Source: a virus. Taken from it: a DNA stretch of 64,000 nt. Made by a program: the position numbers and the translations under genes. The number at the start of each line of letters is the position of its first letter. Within the stretch, counting starts at the first letter, position 1. The notes below the pieces were generated by a model. It did no database searches. It was not told the origin of the DNA and saw nothing but the letters and a program-made list of their open reading frames with translations. Below, in pieces: positions 45,951 to 56,032 of the stretch. The stretch is from positions 1 to 64,000 of the IMG/VR virus record IMGVR_UViG_3300010885_014582, one strand, 5' to 3'.

Positions 45951-47467
45951 TATGGAGCCTCTAGGGCTTCAACTTTTGCGGAAAGTTCCTGGACTGCTTG
46001 TACAAGGATAGAAATAACATCGTTTGTTTTCCACATTTGTGGAACAATTTCTCCATCTGTAATACCAAACTCAATGAGTTGTGGTTGTACTTCTAAGATT
46101 TCATCAACAATAAAACCATGACTAATACTGTTTTCGTATTGATCTTTTTCAATTACTCCGTCAGATTCTTGAGGGATTGCTTTAAAGGTACGGGGAGTTA
46201 AAGAATTGATGATATTTAAACCATCAGTAAAAGAGTTAATTTGTTCTTTGTATTTACGAAGTGAGGTAACGGTTGCAACTTCTCCACCTGCAAGAACACG
46301 CATGTTAGCAGCGGCTGTTGTAGTACGGGTACCACCAAATATAAATGTTCCAATAGATAATGTTCCAGAAACAGCCCACCAACCAGAACCACTGCTCCAA
46401 CCAATGTATGGTCCACCAAGCGGGTCCACATTGACAATTGCAGAAAGATAACCTGCTGTAGAAGCACTTCCTGCGCTACCAGCACTACCAGCACTGCCAG
46501 TAATGTTAATGCTATAAGTACCACCATCATTATAGGCAATGGCTGGTTTACCACTAACATTTGCCCAACTGACTGCATTAGCAGCAGCAGCAGTGCCAGA
46601 AATATTGATGTTGTAAGTTCCACCGTCATTGAAAACATTTCCAATAGCAGGCTTACCACTAACATTTGCCCAAGTTACTGCGTTGGCGCTATCAGCCACA
46701 CCAGCAGTTGCGGCTTTACCAGTTGTGCTCTGATTCCAAGTAGGGACAGTTCCAGTTAAACCTGAGTAAGGGACGCTACTAGCAGATGAGGCGTTGCCTA
46801 CAAAACCACCGTTTGCGGTGATAGTGCCCGTTGTAGAGATGTTGCTGTTGGCTGTCCAGTAAGAAAGGTTGTACCAAGTACTACCTACTTTTACTGAGAA
46901 TGGTGAGGCAGTGGTGCTGTTAGGTGTCCATGCAGTATTGACATAGGTGTCACCTGCTGAACCACGGTTAGAAGAAACTGTGTCTGTAAGTGTGCGAGCA
47001 GTACTGGAGCGAACAAAAATGCGCTTATCAGTAATTGCTTGTGCAACAGGTATACCACTATCAACACGCCATACAGCGGCTAGTACAACATCAGTTGAAT
47101 CAATGTTTACATCATTGGTACCAGTACCAGATGAAGGGAATCGTGGGTTAGTACTTCCAGCGGCTGGTCGTACTGCAAAGCAAGTAATTGAACCGCTTGA
47201 TAATCGAGCATGAATGATGTCAAAGAAAGCAGGAGATGTATATGGGGTTAATAAAACCGTGCCACCTGCGTATGGGTAATAAGCCCCATTGATAAGTACT
47301 TCACCAGCAGAGACTGTGACAGTCTGTGTAGCAGATCCTGGTGCAACGACCAGTCCACTGACAACACCACTTTTTTGATTTCCAAGAATCTGGAAGTCTA
47401 GGGAGTCTGGCTCTGCCTGATTTTGATTGAATGAATCAGGCGTATTTGGAATTGTAAAGCCAGACAT
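45950..47467 (-). CDS. fibre protein with C-terminal S74 intramolecular chaperone
   Basis: WANVSGKP repeats; TSLRKYK...GFIVDE...LVQAVQELSAKVEALE. Confidence 0.8.
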   Translation of the reverse strand: MSGFTIPNTPDSFNQNQAEPDSLDFQILGNQKSGVVSGLVVAPGSATQTVTVSAGEVLINGAYYPYAGGTVLLTPYTSPAFFDIIHARLSSGSITCFAVRPAAGSTNPRFPSSGTGTNDVNIDSTDVVLAAVWRVDSGIPVAQAITDKRIFVRSSTARTLTDTVSSNRGSAGDTYVNTAWTPNSTTASPFSVKVGSTWYNLSYWTANSNISTTGTITANGGFVGNASSASSVPYSGLTGTVPTWNQSTTGKAATAGVADSANAVTWANVSGKPAIGNVFNDGGTYNINISGTAAAANAVSWANVSGKPAIAYNDGGTYSINITGSAGSAGSAGSASTAGYLSAIVNVDPLGGPYIGWSSGSGWWAVSGTLSIGTFIFGGTRTTTAAANMRVLAGGEVATVTSLRKYKEQINSFTDGLNIINSLTPRTFKAIPQESDGVIEKDQYENSISHGFIVDEILEVQPQLIEFGITDGEIVPQMWKTNDVISILVQAVQELSAKVEALEAP

Positions 47468-47474
47468 TTATTCC

Positions 47475-47744
47475 TTAGAGAGTGTCGTAGATGTTCCCGT
47501 GGTTTTTAAGGTGGTCATACAAACCTGCGGGAAGTGTATAAGTTGTCCCATCCTCAAAGTCAAAAGTTTCTTGACCCCAGTACATCTTCCATGTGCCTTT
47601 AACTCGGCCTTTTTTGGTATCAGGTGCGCCAGGAGAAACGACAGTAGTACTTTCAGGTACTGATGTCTCCACTACTTCAGTAGTGGTCTCTTCTGGTTCT
47701 GAGAAGATATCTGTGGTTGTAACATTTGTGCGTTTCGTAGCCAT
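47475..47744 (-). CDS. small head-associated hypothetical protein
   Basis: directly downstream of capsid gene; AAGGAG RBS. Confidence 0.6.
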   Translation of the reverse strand: MATKRTNVTTTDIFSEPEETTTEVVETSVPESTTVVSPGAPDTKKGRVKGTWKMYWGQETFDFEDGTTYTLPAGLYDHLKNHGNIYDTL

Positions 47745-47775
47745 GGCTACTCCTTTTGGTAGTGGTTAAAAATTT

Positions 47776-47826
47776 AACTTAAAAAGTGGGGTACTAGGCT
47801 TGCGCCATTCCCCCACTTTAAGTTGA
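47776..47826 (-). terminator. intrinsic terminator after the major capsid gene
   Basis: AAAGTGGGG...GGC-GCAA-GCC...CCCCACTTTTT on the minus strand. Confidence 0.7.
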
Positions 47827-47835
47827 CCTAGTGGA

Positions 47836-48915
47836 TTAGGCAGTTGGTACTGCGCCACCGAGTGTGTTGATGATAACACGAGATTCGTGTGTGATGACAC
47901 CGAAGCCCCAGATTGCGTACCATGACAAGCCGTGCTCACGACCGAAGTCGATTACACCACCATCACGGAGTTCAACTGGAAGGGCAATTGCTTGTCCGAA
48001 TGCGTTGTCACCGATCATGATTGAAGAGAACGAGTTCGAAAGAACTGCGTCACGGGTACTTGTTGCTGGGTTGGAGTCAACCAAACCAAGACCAGACTTA
48101 ACCTGGGTGGTTTCAATGAAGACCACATCGTACAAACGACCAATTTCACCGAGCATGAAGTTACCTGGAGCGGCATACTTTGTTACTTCGATGAATTCTG
48201 GCCAGTCACGAAGCGCACGGCTCTGTGAAGGGTGTACGAAACATACATAGGTATCGCCAAGGCGAGGGATGTTCTGGTTAGCCAAGATCTCAACTGCGTC
48301 CTTGACGGTTGCAGGTGACATGTAGCCAGGTGCGCCTGAGTTACCAGCGGCTGCGTACTCGTAAGGAGCACGAGGACCACGGGTAGAAGGAGCGGTGCGT
48401 CCGAAGACTACTGACGGTGCAACGGCAGAGCCGCCACCGAAAGGAACACCTGATGCGTACAGCGTGTTACGAGCCTGGATGTCCATGGACTGAGCCATGT
48501 GACGACCAAGAAGGCGTGAAGACGAAGCCATAACATCATCGAAAGAAGCGTTGAGGAGGAGTTCGGTAACCGAAACTGCCTTACCTTGTTCTTTAACAGT
48601 GATCTGGATCTGACTTGCTGAAAGTGCTGAAGGCTCCATACGGGTACCTTCTGTCAATTCTGCACCTGTTGACTCGTCCGTTGCAAGGTTGTTGTAACGC
48701 ATGAAGTTAATGGTGAGACCTGGCATGACGCCCAGTTCCGTCTTCTTGACGGCAAACTGTTCAAAGCGAAGCACTGGCATCGCCTGGAAAAGAATTTCTT
48801 TCGACCAGATAGTCTGGATCGCTGGGCTGAGAGCGGTGCCGCCAACGGTATAGCCAGTTGCGCTTGTCGCACCTGCCGTTGTTACTGCGCCACCTACGGG
48901 ACCTGGAAGGGCCAT
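47836..48915 (-). CDS. major capsid protein (N4-gp56 family-like)
   Basis: F.QFA.K...G.TI.F.RY..L...LTEG...HP....L...GEIG....V.F.ET...DFGR...WY. Confidence 0.9.
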   Translation of the reverse strand: MALPGPVGGAVTTAGATSATGYTVGGTALSPAIQTIWSKEILFQAMPVLRFEQFAVKKTELGVMPGLTINFMRYNNLATDESTGAELTEGTRMEPSALSASQIQITVKEQGKAVSVTELLLNASFDDVMASSSRLLGRHMAQSMDIQARNTLYASGVPFGGGSAVAPSVVFGRTAPSTRGPRAPYEYAAAGNSGAPGYMSPATVKDAVEILANQNIPRLGDTYVCFVHPSQSRALRDWPEFIEVTKYAAPGNFMLGEIGRLYDVVFIETTQVKSGLGLVDSNPATSTRDAVLSNSFSSIMIGDNAFGQAIALPVELRDGGVIDFGREHGLSWYAIWGFGVITHESRVIINTLGGAVPTA

Positions 48916-48949
48916 GGGTTTATCCTCCGTGGATAGGGGTTGTTATGTT

Positions 48950-49753
48950 TTAGAAACGGCCTCTAGGAGACCGTGCGTTCAGGAGCCTATCCCGCATTTT
49001 TGAGTACTGATCCATCGACATATTGCGGATATCATCCGCACTTAACTGTTGGTATTCCGTTTGAGTTTCCATTGGCCCAACAGGAGGCGCCGTTACGGGT
49101 GCCCCCCTCAAGCGACCTTGCTGTTGCTGAGTCGCTTGCTGGATTGATTCAATAATAGCAGATGAACGCTCACGCAGTACAGCAATTGATTGTTCGATCT
49201 CATCCTCGCTGTTTCCTGACACAAGATCGATCAATTCTGGGATGATTGATTCTTGTTCTGCTTGCAGACGAGTATTGCGATAATGGGTCAAAGCCTGCAT
49301 CTGGCGCTCTTTATCGAGCAATGCTTCTTGGGCTTGGCGTTGTGCTTCAATGGTTTCAAGGCGTGCTTGCCACTCTTGCTCAACGGTATTGATGCGCTGA
49401 TTGAATTCATCTTCCTGTTTAAGGAGAAGTTCTTTAGCGCTGAGTTCGTCGATTTCACGCTGACGCAGAATTTCCGATTCTTTTTTAGAAAGGGCTTCTG
49501 CTTGCTTGCGGGCTTCTTCTCGCTCCTTGGCAATAAGTGACATCTGCTCTTCCATGTTTTTCACACGGACATCTGCCTCTTCAAGACGCTTGTACATCTT
49601 GTCTTTTTCCTGCTTACGGATACCTTCTACCTCATCTTCAGAGAAGAGTTTGGCGTTTGTACTTTTCATTGCGTCTTCAACAAATTGCTCCACTTGTGGA
49701 GAATCCATTGGGACAGAAATAATGTCCCCTTCGGGGACGGTGTTCTTGGACAT
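48950..49753 (-). CDS. capsid scaffolding protein
   Basis: long coiled coil ending DIRNMSMDQY..MR.RL; between portal and capsid. Confidence 0.75.
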   Translation of the reverse strand: MSKNTVPEGDIISVPMDSPQVEQFVEDAMKSTNAKLFSEDEVEGIRKQEKDKMYKRLEEADVRVKNMEEQMSLIAKEREEARKQAEALSKKESEILRQREIDELSAKELLLKQEDEFNQRINTVEQEWQARLETIEAQRQAQEALLDKERQMQALTHYRNTRLQAEQESIIPELIDLVSGNSEDEIEQSIAVLRERSSAIIESIQQATQQQQGRLRGAPVTAPPVGPMETQTEYQQLSADDIRNMSMDQYSKMRDRLLNARSPRGRF

Positions 49754-49806
49754 TAATTACCTACTTACTTTGTTAGTTTTGCTTTTTAGGGCTTGAATTG
49801 TTTGAC

Positions 49807-51501
49807 TTATGATTCTTCGTCAGGCACACGACGCTGGGCGAACCGTGCTCCGTATGCCTTTGCTACAAGTTGATTTACCATCTGCTCTTCTTGTGGAGTG
49901 ACCACTGCACCAGGCATTGGTCCACCACTATCAGGAGAGCCTCCTGTGGAAGATACATTAGCACCTCCAGCAGAAGCCATTTCTGGACCATCAGATCCAG
50001 GAATCATTCCAGTAGCCAGCATTACTGCTTGGCTGATCTGGGCACGGAGCATATCAAGTGCTCCTTGATCGACTGCGTCGTCTTGCAGTTCCTCAAAAAT
50101 TTCGTCCATCTTCTCGTTCGGGAATTCTTCTCCAAGAAGGCGCAAAGCACCACGCTTGGATTCCAAACCAAGAGCCATCTTGGCTTGAACCTCATTGAGT
50201 TTGATGAGTTGGTCGACAGGGAGTGGCTCAGGCCAGTGAACCATTGTCTTGTAAGTAAGGGGGTCAGCAGGGTCTAGTGCCGTTGCTTGATCACGCTCAG
50301 GCATCGCTGCTTTACTTGGATCATATTGAAGCATCTGTGGTTCAAACACAGCAGCAGTACGAATGATAATTTCATTTATACGCTCAAGACCTTTAGTAAA
50401 GTGAACCTTTTTCATCATGAAACGGTTCATCATTGGCTGATACTGAATTGCCAAAGCAACACCAGAGGTGTTAGATACAGGTTGGAATTGACCAAGAGCG
50501 GTCTCAGGTACACCAGTCATCTCATGCATAGAACGCTTAATGAAAGTGATGTATTCAAGAGCGCCAGCCATGTTTCCACTGGACTCAAGGTTGAATACGC
50601 TGGCGTCCTTAGGAAGACCTGCCCAAACTTTCTTAGGTCCACGCTCCAATTGAGAAGCCTTAGCGCCAGTAATAATAGTTACAGGAGCGGCGTGGTAGTT
50701 GATGATGTCAGAAACTTCAACCATCTTCTCATTGAGTTCACGGTTAAGTGGGATGATATCCCAGATGTCTGACTGACCCCATGGAGAAGAAGAGATAGAG
50801 GTGTTGGGGATATGCACAACAGGGATAGTTCCCAAAGCGTTGTCGTATTGATCAATTAGTTCGTCATTGATGAATTGTTGAATCATGTCATCAGAAAGAA
50901 TTTCGGTAAAGGTGTAAACCTGACGAGTTCCTTCAGGAGATGTACCCCAGAAACGGTATTTAAGTTTAAAGCGAAGCAATCGGTCACGGTCATGTGGGTG
51001 ATACTCAGGGAAGCAATGTGCTGGGTTCAACGGGATAACACGGATACGACCTTCAACAGGGATACCAACGCTGTCTACATATGGTTCTTCATATGCAATC
51101 TTTACAAAACAGTCACCAGTAACGGATGCTAGTTGACCCATTTCCCAAAGGACATAATGCTTGTTGTTATGGTTTTCCCATACTTGCGCCAGCAAATGAG
51201 GGATGATGGCTGAGTTTTGTTCTGGGCAACGAAATTGAACACCTTTACCAAAGCAAAAGTTGGTGATGTAGTCAGACATCGTGCGGACATAGTTAAGGTA
51301 GAACTGGGACTCACCCATTTCACGACGGTATGACCAGTGGTGACCAAGGTACCAAGCCCATGCGGCTGAGTAACGGTTTAAGCGAGGTCCATGTACTTCA
51401 AACTCTTCGTCTGCTAATTCCACCAAACCAAGTGGGGAGATAGCAACAGTGAGGTCACTCGATGCTGCTCTATAAGATGGTGACCAGAAGTCCATTGCCA
51501 T
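49807..51501 (-). CDS. portal protein (SPP1 gp6-like)
   Basis: NY...GD, IPVVHIPN...WG.SD, GVP..ALG...SGVAL. Confidence 0.88.
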   Translation of the reverse strand: MAMDFWSPSYRAASSDLTVAISPLGLVELADEEFEVHGPRLNRYSAAWAWYLGHHWSYRREMGESQFYLNYVRTMSDYITNFCFGKGVQFRCPEQNSAIIPHLLAQVWENHNNKHYVLWEMGQLASVTGDCFVKIAYEEPYVDSVGIPVEGRIRVIPLNPAHCFPEYHPHDRDRLLRFKLKYRFWGTSPEGTRQVYTFTEILSDDMIQQFINDELIDQYDNALGTIPVVHIPNTSISSSPWGQSDIWDIIPLNRELNEKMVEVSDIINYHAAPVTIITGAKASQLERGPKKVWAGLPKDASVFNLESSGNMAGALEYITFIKRSMHEMTGVPETALGQFQPVSNTSGVALAIQYQPMMNRFMMKKVHFTKGLERINEIIIRTAAVFEPQMLQYDPSKAAMPERDQATALDPADPLTYKTMVHWPEPLPVDQLIKLNEVQAKMALGLESKRGALRLLGEEFPNEKMDEIFEELQDDAVDQGALDMLRAQISQAVMLATGMIPGSDGPEMASAGGANVSSTGGSPDSGGPMPGAVVTPQEEQMVNQLVAKAYGARFAQRRVPDEES

Positions 51502-51514
51502 GAGTTAGACCTTA

Positions 51515-52183
51515 CTACTTTTTTGTGGTTGGTGGAGGCTGTAATTGACTACCAGCACCAGTAAAGATGAATGTTCCTTGACCCGCTGGAACTACTGCTT
51601 TTTTACGACCACGACCACGGGAGAATCTTTGTGTTTCTGTTGTAGCACCAGTAACTACTTCTGTACCGACAGGTGCTTCTGAAGTAGTGTATCGCTCTGC
51701 TTCACCTGGGTCTAACTCAACATTTCCACCAGCCCTTTTTAAAACATCAGGATGTGTGGGGTTATATTCTGTAGTAAATGTTTCAATATTGTAGATACCC
51801 ATTTGGTTTCCACCAACAGCGGAAGTTCGTGCTAAGCGATTACTGCGTGGGGTGTCTTTAAATACACGAGAAACATCTTGAAAGATGTGAGGCTTACCTG
51901 ATTCGTCAGTATCCGCCCACATACCGAGTGCACGGTTAGGACGACCCGTTAGTTTTGCGTGATTTTCTGGTGTATGCATATAACGCATTACATCAGTAAC
52001 ACCAAAGTCATCTGTTGGCACACGCTCTTCATGACCAGGTAGAGATACAGAAGTACCAGAAGTTGGTGATTTTCCAGAAGCAAAGGTGGTTGATCCACCA
52101 TTTGCAAGAGTGTCAGCAACTAATTTATGTGGGTCAATTCCTGGGTATAGAAATTCACCATTATCAAATGTCTTTTCTGACAT
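51515..52183 (-). CDS. hypothetical protein
   Basis: GG.T...G.W.D...DVS...NQ.GIY pattern. Confidence 0.55.
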   Translation of the reverse strand: MSEKTFDNGEFLYPGIDPHKLVADTLANGGSTTFASGKSPTSGTSVSLPGHEERVPTDDFGVTDVMRYMHTPENHAKLTGRPNRALGMWADTDESGKPHIFQDVSRVFKDTPRSNRLARTSAVGGNQMGIYNIETFTTEYNPTHPDVLKRAGGNVELDPGEAERYTTSEAPVGTEVVTGATTETQRFSRGRGRKKAVVPAGQGTFIFTGAGSQLQPPPTTKK

Positions 52184-52491
52184 CAGGCACCAGCCTTAGG
52201 AGCCGCCTTCTTAGCAGGAGCCGCCTTCTTAGCAGGGGCTTTTTTCTTTGCTACTGCAACAGTCAATTCTTCAACAACTTCAGGAAGTTCTACGGAAGCC
52301 TTGGCTAGGAAGTTAGCAGTTCCCTTGTCACCAACGAGGGTGCTGGCATAAGCAAGACCTGTAATAACGAGTGGCATAATTGCAGCCTGTGCGCCTGGAT
52401 CAATATTTGCCTTAGCAAGGAAATAAGAGAGTGCGCCGACAGCGGCACCCTTGAGAGTCTGGTCTGCGACCTGTTGGTTCTTTGTAGCCAT
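52183..52491 (-). CDS. membrane protein with histone-like KKAAP tail (holin-like)
   Basis: two hydrophobic segments; KKKAPAKKAAPAKKAAPK. Confidence 0.55.
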   Translation of the reverse strand: MATKNQQVADQTLKGAAVGALSYFLAKANIDPGAQAAIMPLVITGLAYASTLVGDKGTANFLAKASVELPEVVEELTVAVAKKKAPAKKAAPAKKAAPKAGA

Positions 52492-52524
52492 GAATGCTCC
52501 TAGTAGAAGTGACACTCAATGATA

Positions 52525-53139
52525 CTATTTTTTAGAATCTCGTTCTTGCATAAAGGATTGGAAGGGTGCTCCCGTGTATGGATCAAACTTACTAGCCACG
52601 GTAATTGCCTTATTTGCAACGGTTTTAGCCTGCTGTGGTGTCAACTGTTTACCTACCGCAAGGGTGTGTAAAGCGCCCAAAGCGTAAGAGGAACCTGTAC
52701 CTACAGCGTAAATACCATTGCTATCGCTAGTCCAAGAGTAGTCACCCTCAAGAATATAGATAGTCCCATGGACAACTACAATGATGGTTGACCCTTGTTC
52801 AGCAATATGTTCTTTGTCATCTTTTGCTGAGGAATAACCCTGCTCGTCAAAACAAGACCTAAGAGAAGGTATGAACTGACGGGTAATGAACTGATCAAGT
52901 TTCTTACCAAGAGTATTGGCAGGTGGTATTGGTGGAACAAACACATGCTGAAGGATGTTGATTGCTCGAACATCTCCAGCAGCGCCCATGATGTACTTAC
53001 CATTAGCGGCAATCTTGGATGTTCCAGCCCCAAGGGTAGTTACCTGATATGCCGACCCTGAGTCGTCAAATGAGGCAATACGACTATCTGTGCAAAGTAC
53101 CGCATAGTTGTCACCTTGGATACCCACAATAGTTGTCAT
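52525..53139 (-). CDS. HslV/proteasome-beta-like Ntn threonine protease
   Basis: start at 53139 gives M-TTIVG; DSR, SKI, GAAG, AVGTGS..ALGAL, DPYTG. Confidence 0.85.
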   Translation of the reverse strand: MTTIVGIQGDNYAVLCTDSRIASFDDSGSAYQVTTLGAGTSKIAANGKYIMGAAGDVRAINILQHVFVPPIPPANTLGKKLDQFITRQFIPSLRSCFDEQGYSSAKDDKEHIAEQGSTIIVVVHGTIYILEGDYSWTSDSNGIYAVGTGSSYALGALHTLAVGKQLTPQQAKTVANKAITVASKFDPYTGAPFQSFMQERDSKK

Positions 53140-54287
53140 TAGGCGGTGTATTCCTTGTTGTGGTACATCGCCCAACCATCTCGGATGGGGATCATCTCAA
53201 GGTTGAATTCGGCATCACCATCTTTGTAGTTGACTACACAGAGACCCTGTTGCCAGTTCTCAGTGATTGTCATCGGGCGACCGTCAAGGTCGATACCACC
53301 TTTAGTAGATGGTACAGCGCCATCAACACGAGCAAGGCAACCAGCAGAAGCCGCAAGGATGGTCTTACGACCGTCATAGTCTTCACGGGTTACTTCTGCC
53401 CACTCACGGCGGTGGATGTGTCCATAGAGCACTGAGGTCTTTTCATTAGCCAAATACATGTGTGCTGTAGAGCCGTTGCTTTTAACACGAGTACCATGGA
53501 TAACTTTCAACTTCTGATTAATCCAATAGTAACCAGCAGGGTAGCCAGGAACATATTGAATATTGAAATCATTAAAACGACAGAGGAACGGAACCGAAAG
53601 TACGGGCCAGTTGTCTGGTGTGTCTCCACGCCTCAAACCAAAAGAAGCCTTTGCATTATCTAATGTGTAGTTAACAAGACGCTCTTCATGGTTTCCAGCA
53701 AGCCAAACAATTTCAGCGTCAGGAGCAGCAGCACGAATACGAGCCATAAGAATTGTTGCGTAGTCAATTGATTTTTGAGTTGTCAATGCATAGGCAGGAC
53801 TAAGTCGGTATTTACCAAACTCAGCAAAGTCCAAGTTGTCACCATGCATGACTACTTTTTCAGGCTTTAAATCCTTGATCATTGCAACGCAGATGTCGAT
53901 AGCCCGCTCATCATGGATACCTTCAAGTTCACCTAATGCATTACGAAAGTAGCCGATCTGCATGTCAGGTAGGACTACTGCTGTATTCCACTCTGTTTTC
54001 TTTGGTGTTTTAGTTACATTGTTTGTTGGCAATTTAACAGCAGGACCTTGGTTAACAGGATCCCATTCAGGACCTTCTGCCCACTTTGGTGAGAACTGAA
54101 TAGCCGCAAGGTCGTGAATTTGTGCTTCACCATCTTGGTCTTTAGTTAGTGATTGATAAAGAGATACACGCTTTACTGAACCAATTTCGTCAATGTCAAT
54201 CTTCTGACGATCAAGAATCTCAAGAAGTTTTCCAAGAGCCTTAGCGTTGTTTGCTGGTTTGTCTAGATCATTCGCCAAGTTGCTCAC
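53139..54287 (-). CDS. calcineurin-like metallophosphoesterase
   Basis: PDMQ, GDNLD, GNHE, HG, GHIHR. Confidence 0.85.
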   Translation of the reverse strand: MSNLANDLDKPANNAKALGKLLEILDRQKIDIDEIGSVKRVSLYQSLTKDQDGEAQIHDLAAIQFSPKWAEGPEWDPVNQGPAVKLPTNNVTKTPKKTEWNTAVVLPDMQIGYFRNALGELEGIHDERAIDICVAMIKDLKPEKVVMHGDNLDFAEFGKYRLSPAYALTTQKSIDYATILMARIRAAAPDAEIVWLAGNHEERLVNYTLDNAKASFGLRRGDTPDNWPVLSVPFLCRFNDFNIQYVPGYPAGYYWINQKLKVIHGTRVKSNGSTAHMYLANEKTSVLYGHIHRREWAEVTREDYDGRKTILAASAGCLARVDGAVPSTKGGIDLDGRPMTITENWQQGLCVVNYKDGDAEFNLEMIPIRDGWAMYHNKEYTA

Positions 54288-54561
54288 AAGGACACTCCCC
54301 ATTTATATGTCGTTGGATTGTACTGATGCTTACTGAATGTCCATGCTTACGCAAATTCTGTGTAAGCCAAGAAGCGCTGTAAGTCTTTGAACGACCTTGT
54401 CCTCTGTCTGCTTTGATTAAAGCAATTGCTCTGTTAAGAGCCTCAATGTCTTTTGTTTCCATGTCTGACATGATGACGGACAACTTGCAATGAACTTGGT
54501 TAGCGTTCAAGCGAGGTTCCATCAAATCGTCATACAAAGACCTACTGGTCTTATCTGCCAT
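54268..54561 (-). CDS. HTH-like protein
   Basis: SASWLTQNLRKHGHSVSISTIQRH.NGEC.C. Confidence 0.6.
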   Translation of the reverse strand: MADKTSRSLYDDLMEPRLNANQVHCKLSVIMSDMETKDIEALNRAIALIKADRGQGRSKTYSASWLTQNLRKHGHSVSISTIQRHINGECPCEQLGE

Positions 54562-54646
54562 TTTGACTCCCTAGGATATCTATGCAGAGTTCTATTCAAG
54601 AACTCACTGTGCATCGTATCACGAACTAATGCACGATGCTAAGACT

Positions 54647-54844
54647 TTACTTCTTCAGGTGCCAATCAACATGGTCGTCAAGTCTTTCAGCGACATGGTT
54701 AACGCTGTCTTGAACTTTATCCAAGCGTTGCATTACTTGACCGTGGTCAAGCGAGTTAGCCTTCTTCATTGATTTAAACTCTTTAATTGAAAAACCAAAG
54801 GTAGTAATTACTGCAACAATAATGGTGGCGATTGCGGGATCCAT
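54647..54844 (-). CDS. single-TM coiled-coil protein (lysis-associated type)
   Basis: N-terminal TM; RLDDHVDWH C-terminus. Confidence 0.55.
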   Translation of the reverse strand: MDPAIATIIVAVITTFGFSIKEFKSMKKANSLDHGQVMQRLDKVQDSVNHVAERLDDHVDWHLKK

Positions 54845-54846
54845 AA

Positions 54847-55557
54847 TTAATCTGTAATACCATGGATATTACGCCATCTAACCCAGTTGATTGCTTGAGT
54901 TTGCCCAGGGTTTAAACCTTCTAAACCAGAAACGGTATTTAGTCGGTTGGTTGCAGCCATGTGAGCATCTACAAAAGTGCTGTAACGACCAATTGCGCCA
55001 AGTCTTCGATCACGACCACCCCAACGCTCGTTGATTGTTGCGTCATGAGCATGTCGATCAATAGTTACCGCAGAACTGTCAGAGGGGTCATTTATATTTC
55101 TAAAAAAATGACCAGTCTTTACCTTCATAGGAAGTAGTTCTTCGGGATCTCGTCCTTCACGAATTTCATTTGCACGCCTAATAGTGTCTTGAGTAATGAA
55201 TCCGTGGGTGGTTCCAGTACGACCAATTTCTCTAGCCATTCGAACATTCTCACCCCAAGAGTTTTGAGGACTTGTTATTGCCAAGATTCCTGCACCCTTG
55301 CGGATGTCACCATTACCTACTTCATGTGCAATTTCTTGAGCCTTGGGATACCACATTTTCCCTGATTCAATCTCATCATCTGAAGCGGTTAGTACACCAT
55401 GTTCAATGTTTCTTGTCATGGTTGCAAATTGTTGTGGATGTAAGTTTTTTCCTCTAACACCAATAACATCACCACCTTTTGCAGGAAGTACTCGTCGTGG
55501 TGTGTAACTTAGACCTTTGTCATCTGGGACAATTAGCCCACTCTCAGTCATAGCCAT
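54847..55557 (-). CDS. phage protein with possible glycosylase-like fold
   Basis: G..WY...A..SPQ.SW..N...KT..F..NI...VTIDRHA...QAI.W. Confidence 0.6.
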   Translation of the reverse strand: MAMTESGLIVPDDKGLSYTPRRVLPAKGGDVIGVRGKNLHPQQFATMTRNIEHGVLTASDDEIESGKMWYPKAQEIAHEVGNGDIRKGAGILAITSPQNSWGENVRMAREIGRTGTTHGFITQDTIRRANEIREGRDPEELLPMKVKTGHFFRNINDPSDSSAVTIDRHAHDATINERWGGRDRRLGAIGRYSTFVDAHMAATNRLNTVSGLEGLNPGQTQAINWVRWRNIHGITD

Positions 55558-56027
55558 CAGTACTGACCGCCAGAATCAGTATTCTCTTTGTTTACTTTAC
55601 GGTATGAAGAGGTTCCACGCTGACGCTGACGGCTTGAGTCTGTAGGGCGAGAAGGACGACGGACACCCTCTTGCTTCTTATCAATGTCACTACCTTGTGA
55701 CTTAAATAGGTCAAGAGGATCAGTGTAAGGGGTACCAGTTCCAGCCATATGGCGCTCGACATCAATACCACCACGAGGACCCATTGGCGTTGGTACAAAC
55801 GGACTTGGATAGTCAGTGCCGTAATCTTGGCGTTGGTAGAACTGCTCGCTCAGAAATTCTTTTTTGCGAGTACGCAAAGCAGGAGAAAAGTTATATGGAA
55901 CCATTGATCCTGCGTATACAGGAGCAATTGGCATGCTTTCAGTTGTGGTTGGGCCGCTACTGTCCTGTGCGGGAGCGCTGGCTTCACCTGCGCCTTCTGC
56001 ACCGTCTGCGCCTTCTGCGCCTTCCAT
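55557..56027 (-). CDS. low-complexity hypothetical protein
   Basis: EGA repeats at N-terminus; FLSEQF. Confidence 0.55.
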   Translation of the reverse strand: MEGAEGADGAEGAGEASAPAQDSSGPTTTESMPIAPVYAGSMVPYNFSPALRTRKKEFLSEQFYQRQDYGTDYPSPFVPTPMGPRGGIDVERHMAGTGTPYTDPLDLFKSQGSDIDKKQEGVRRPSRPTDSSRQRQRGTSSYRKVNKENTDSGGQY

Positions 56028-56032
56028 GAGTA

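Noticed and set aside
41971-53663. Numerous plus-strand ORFs of 60-160 aa opposite structural genes
   Set aside because: Antisense shadows with no RBS or recognisable motifs.
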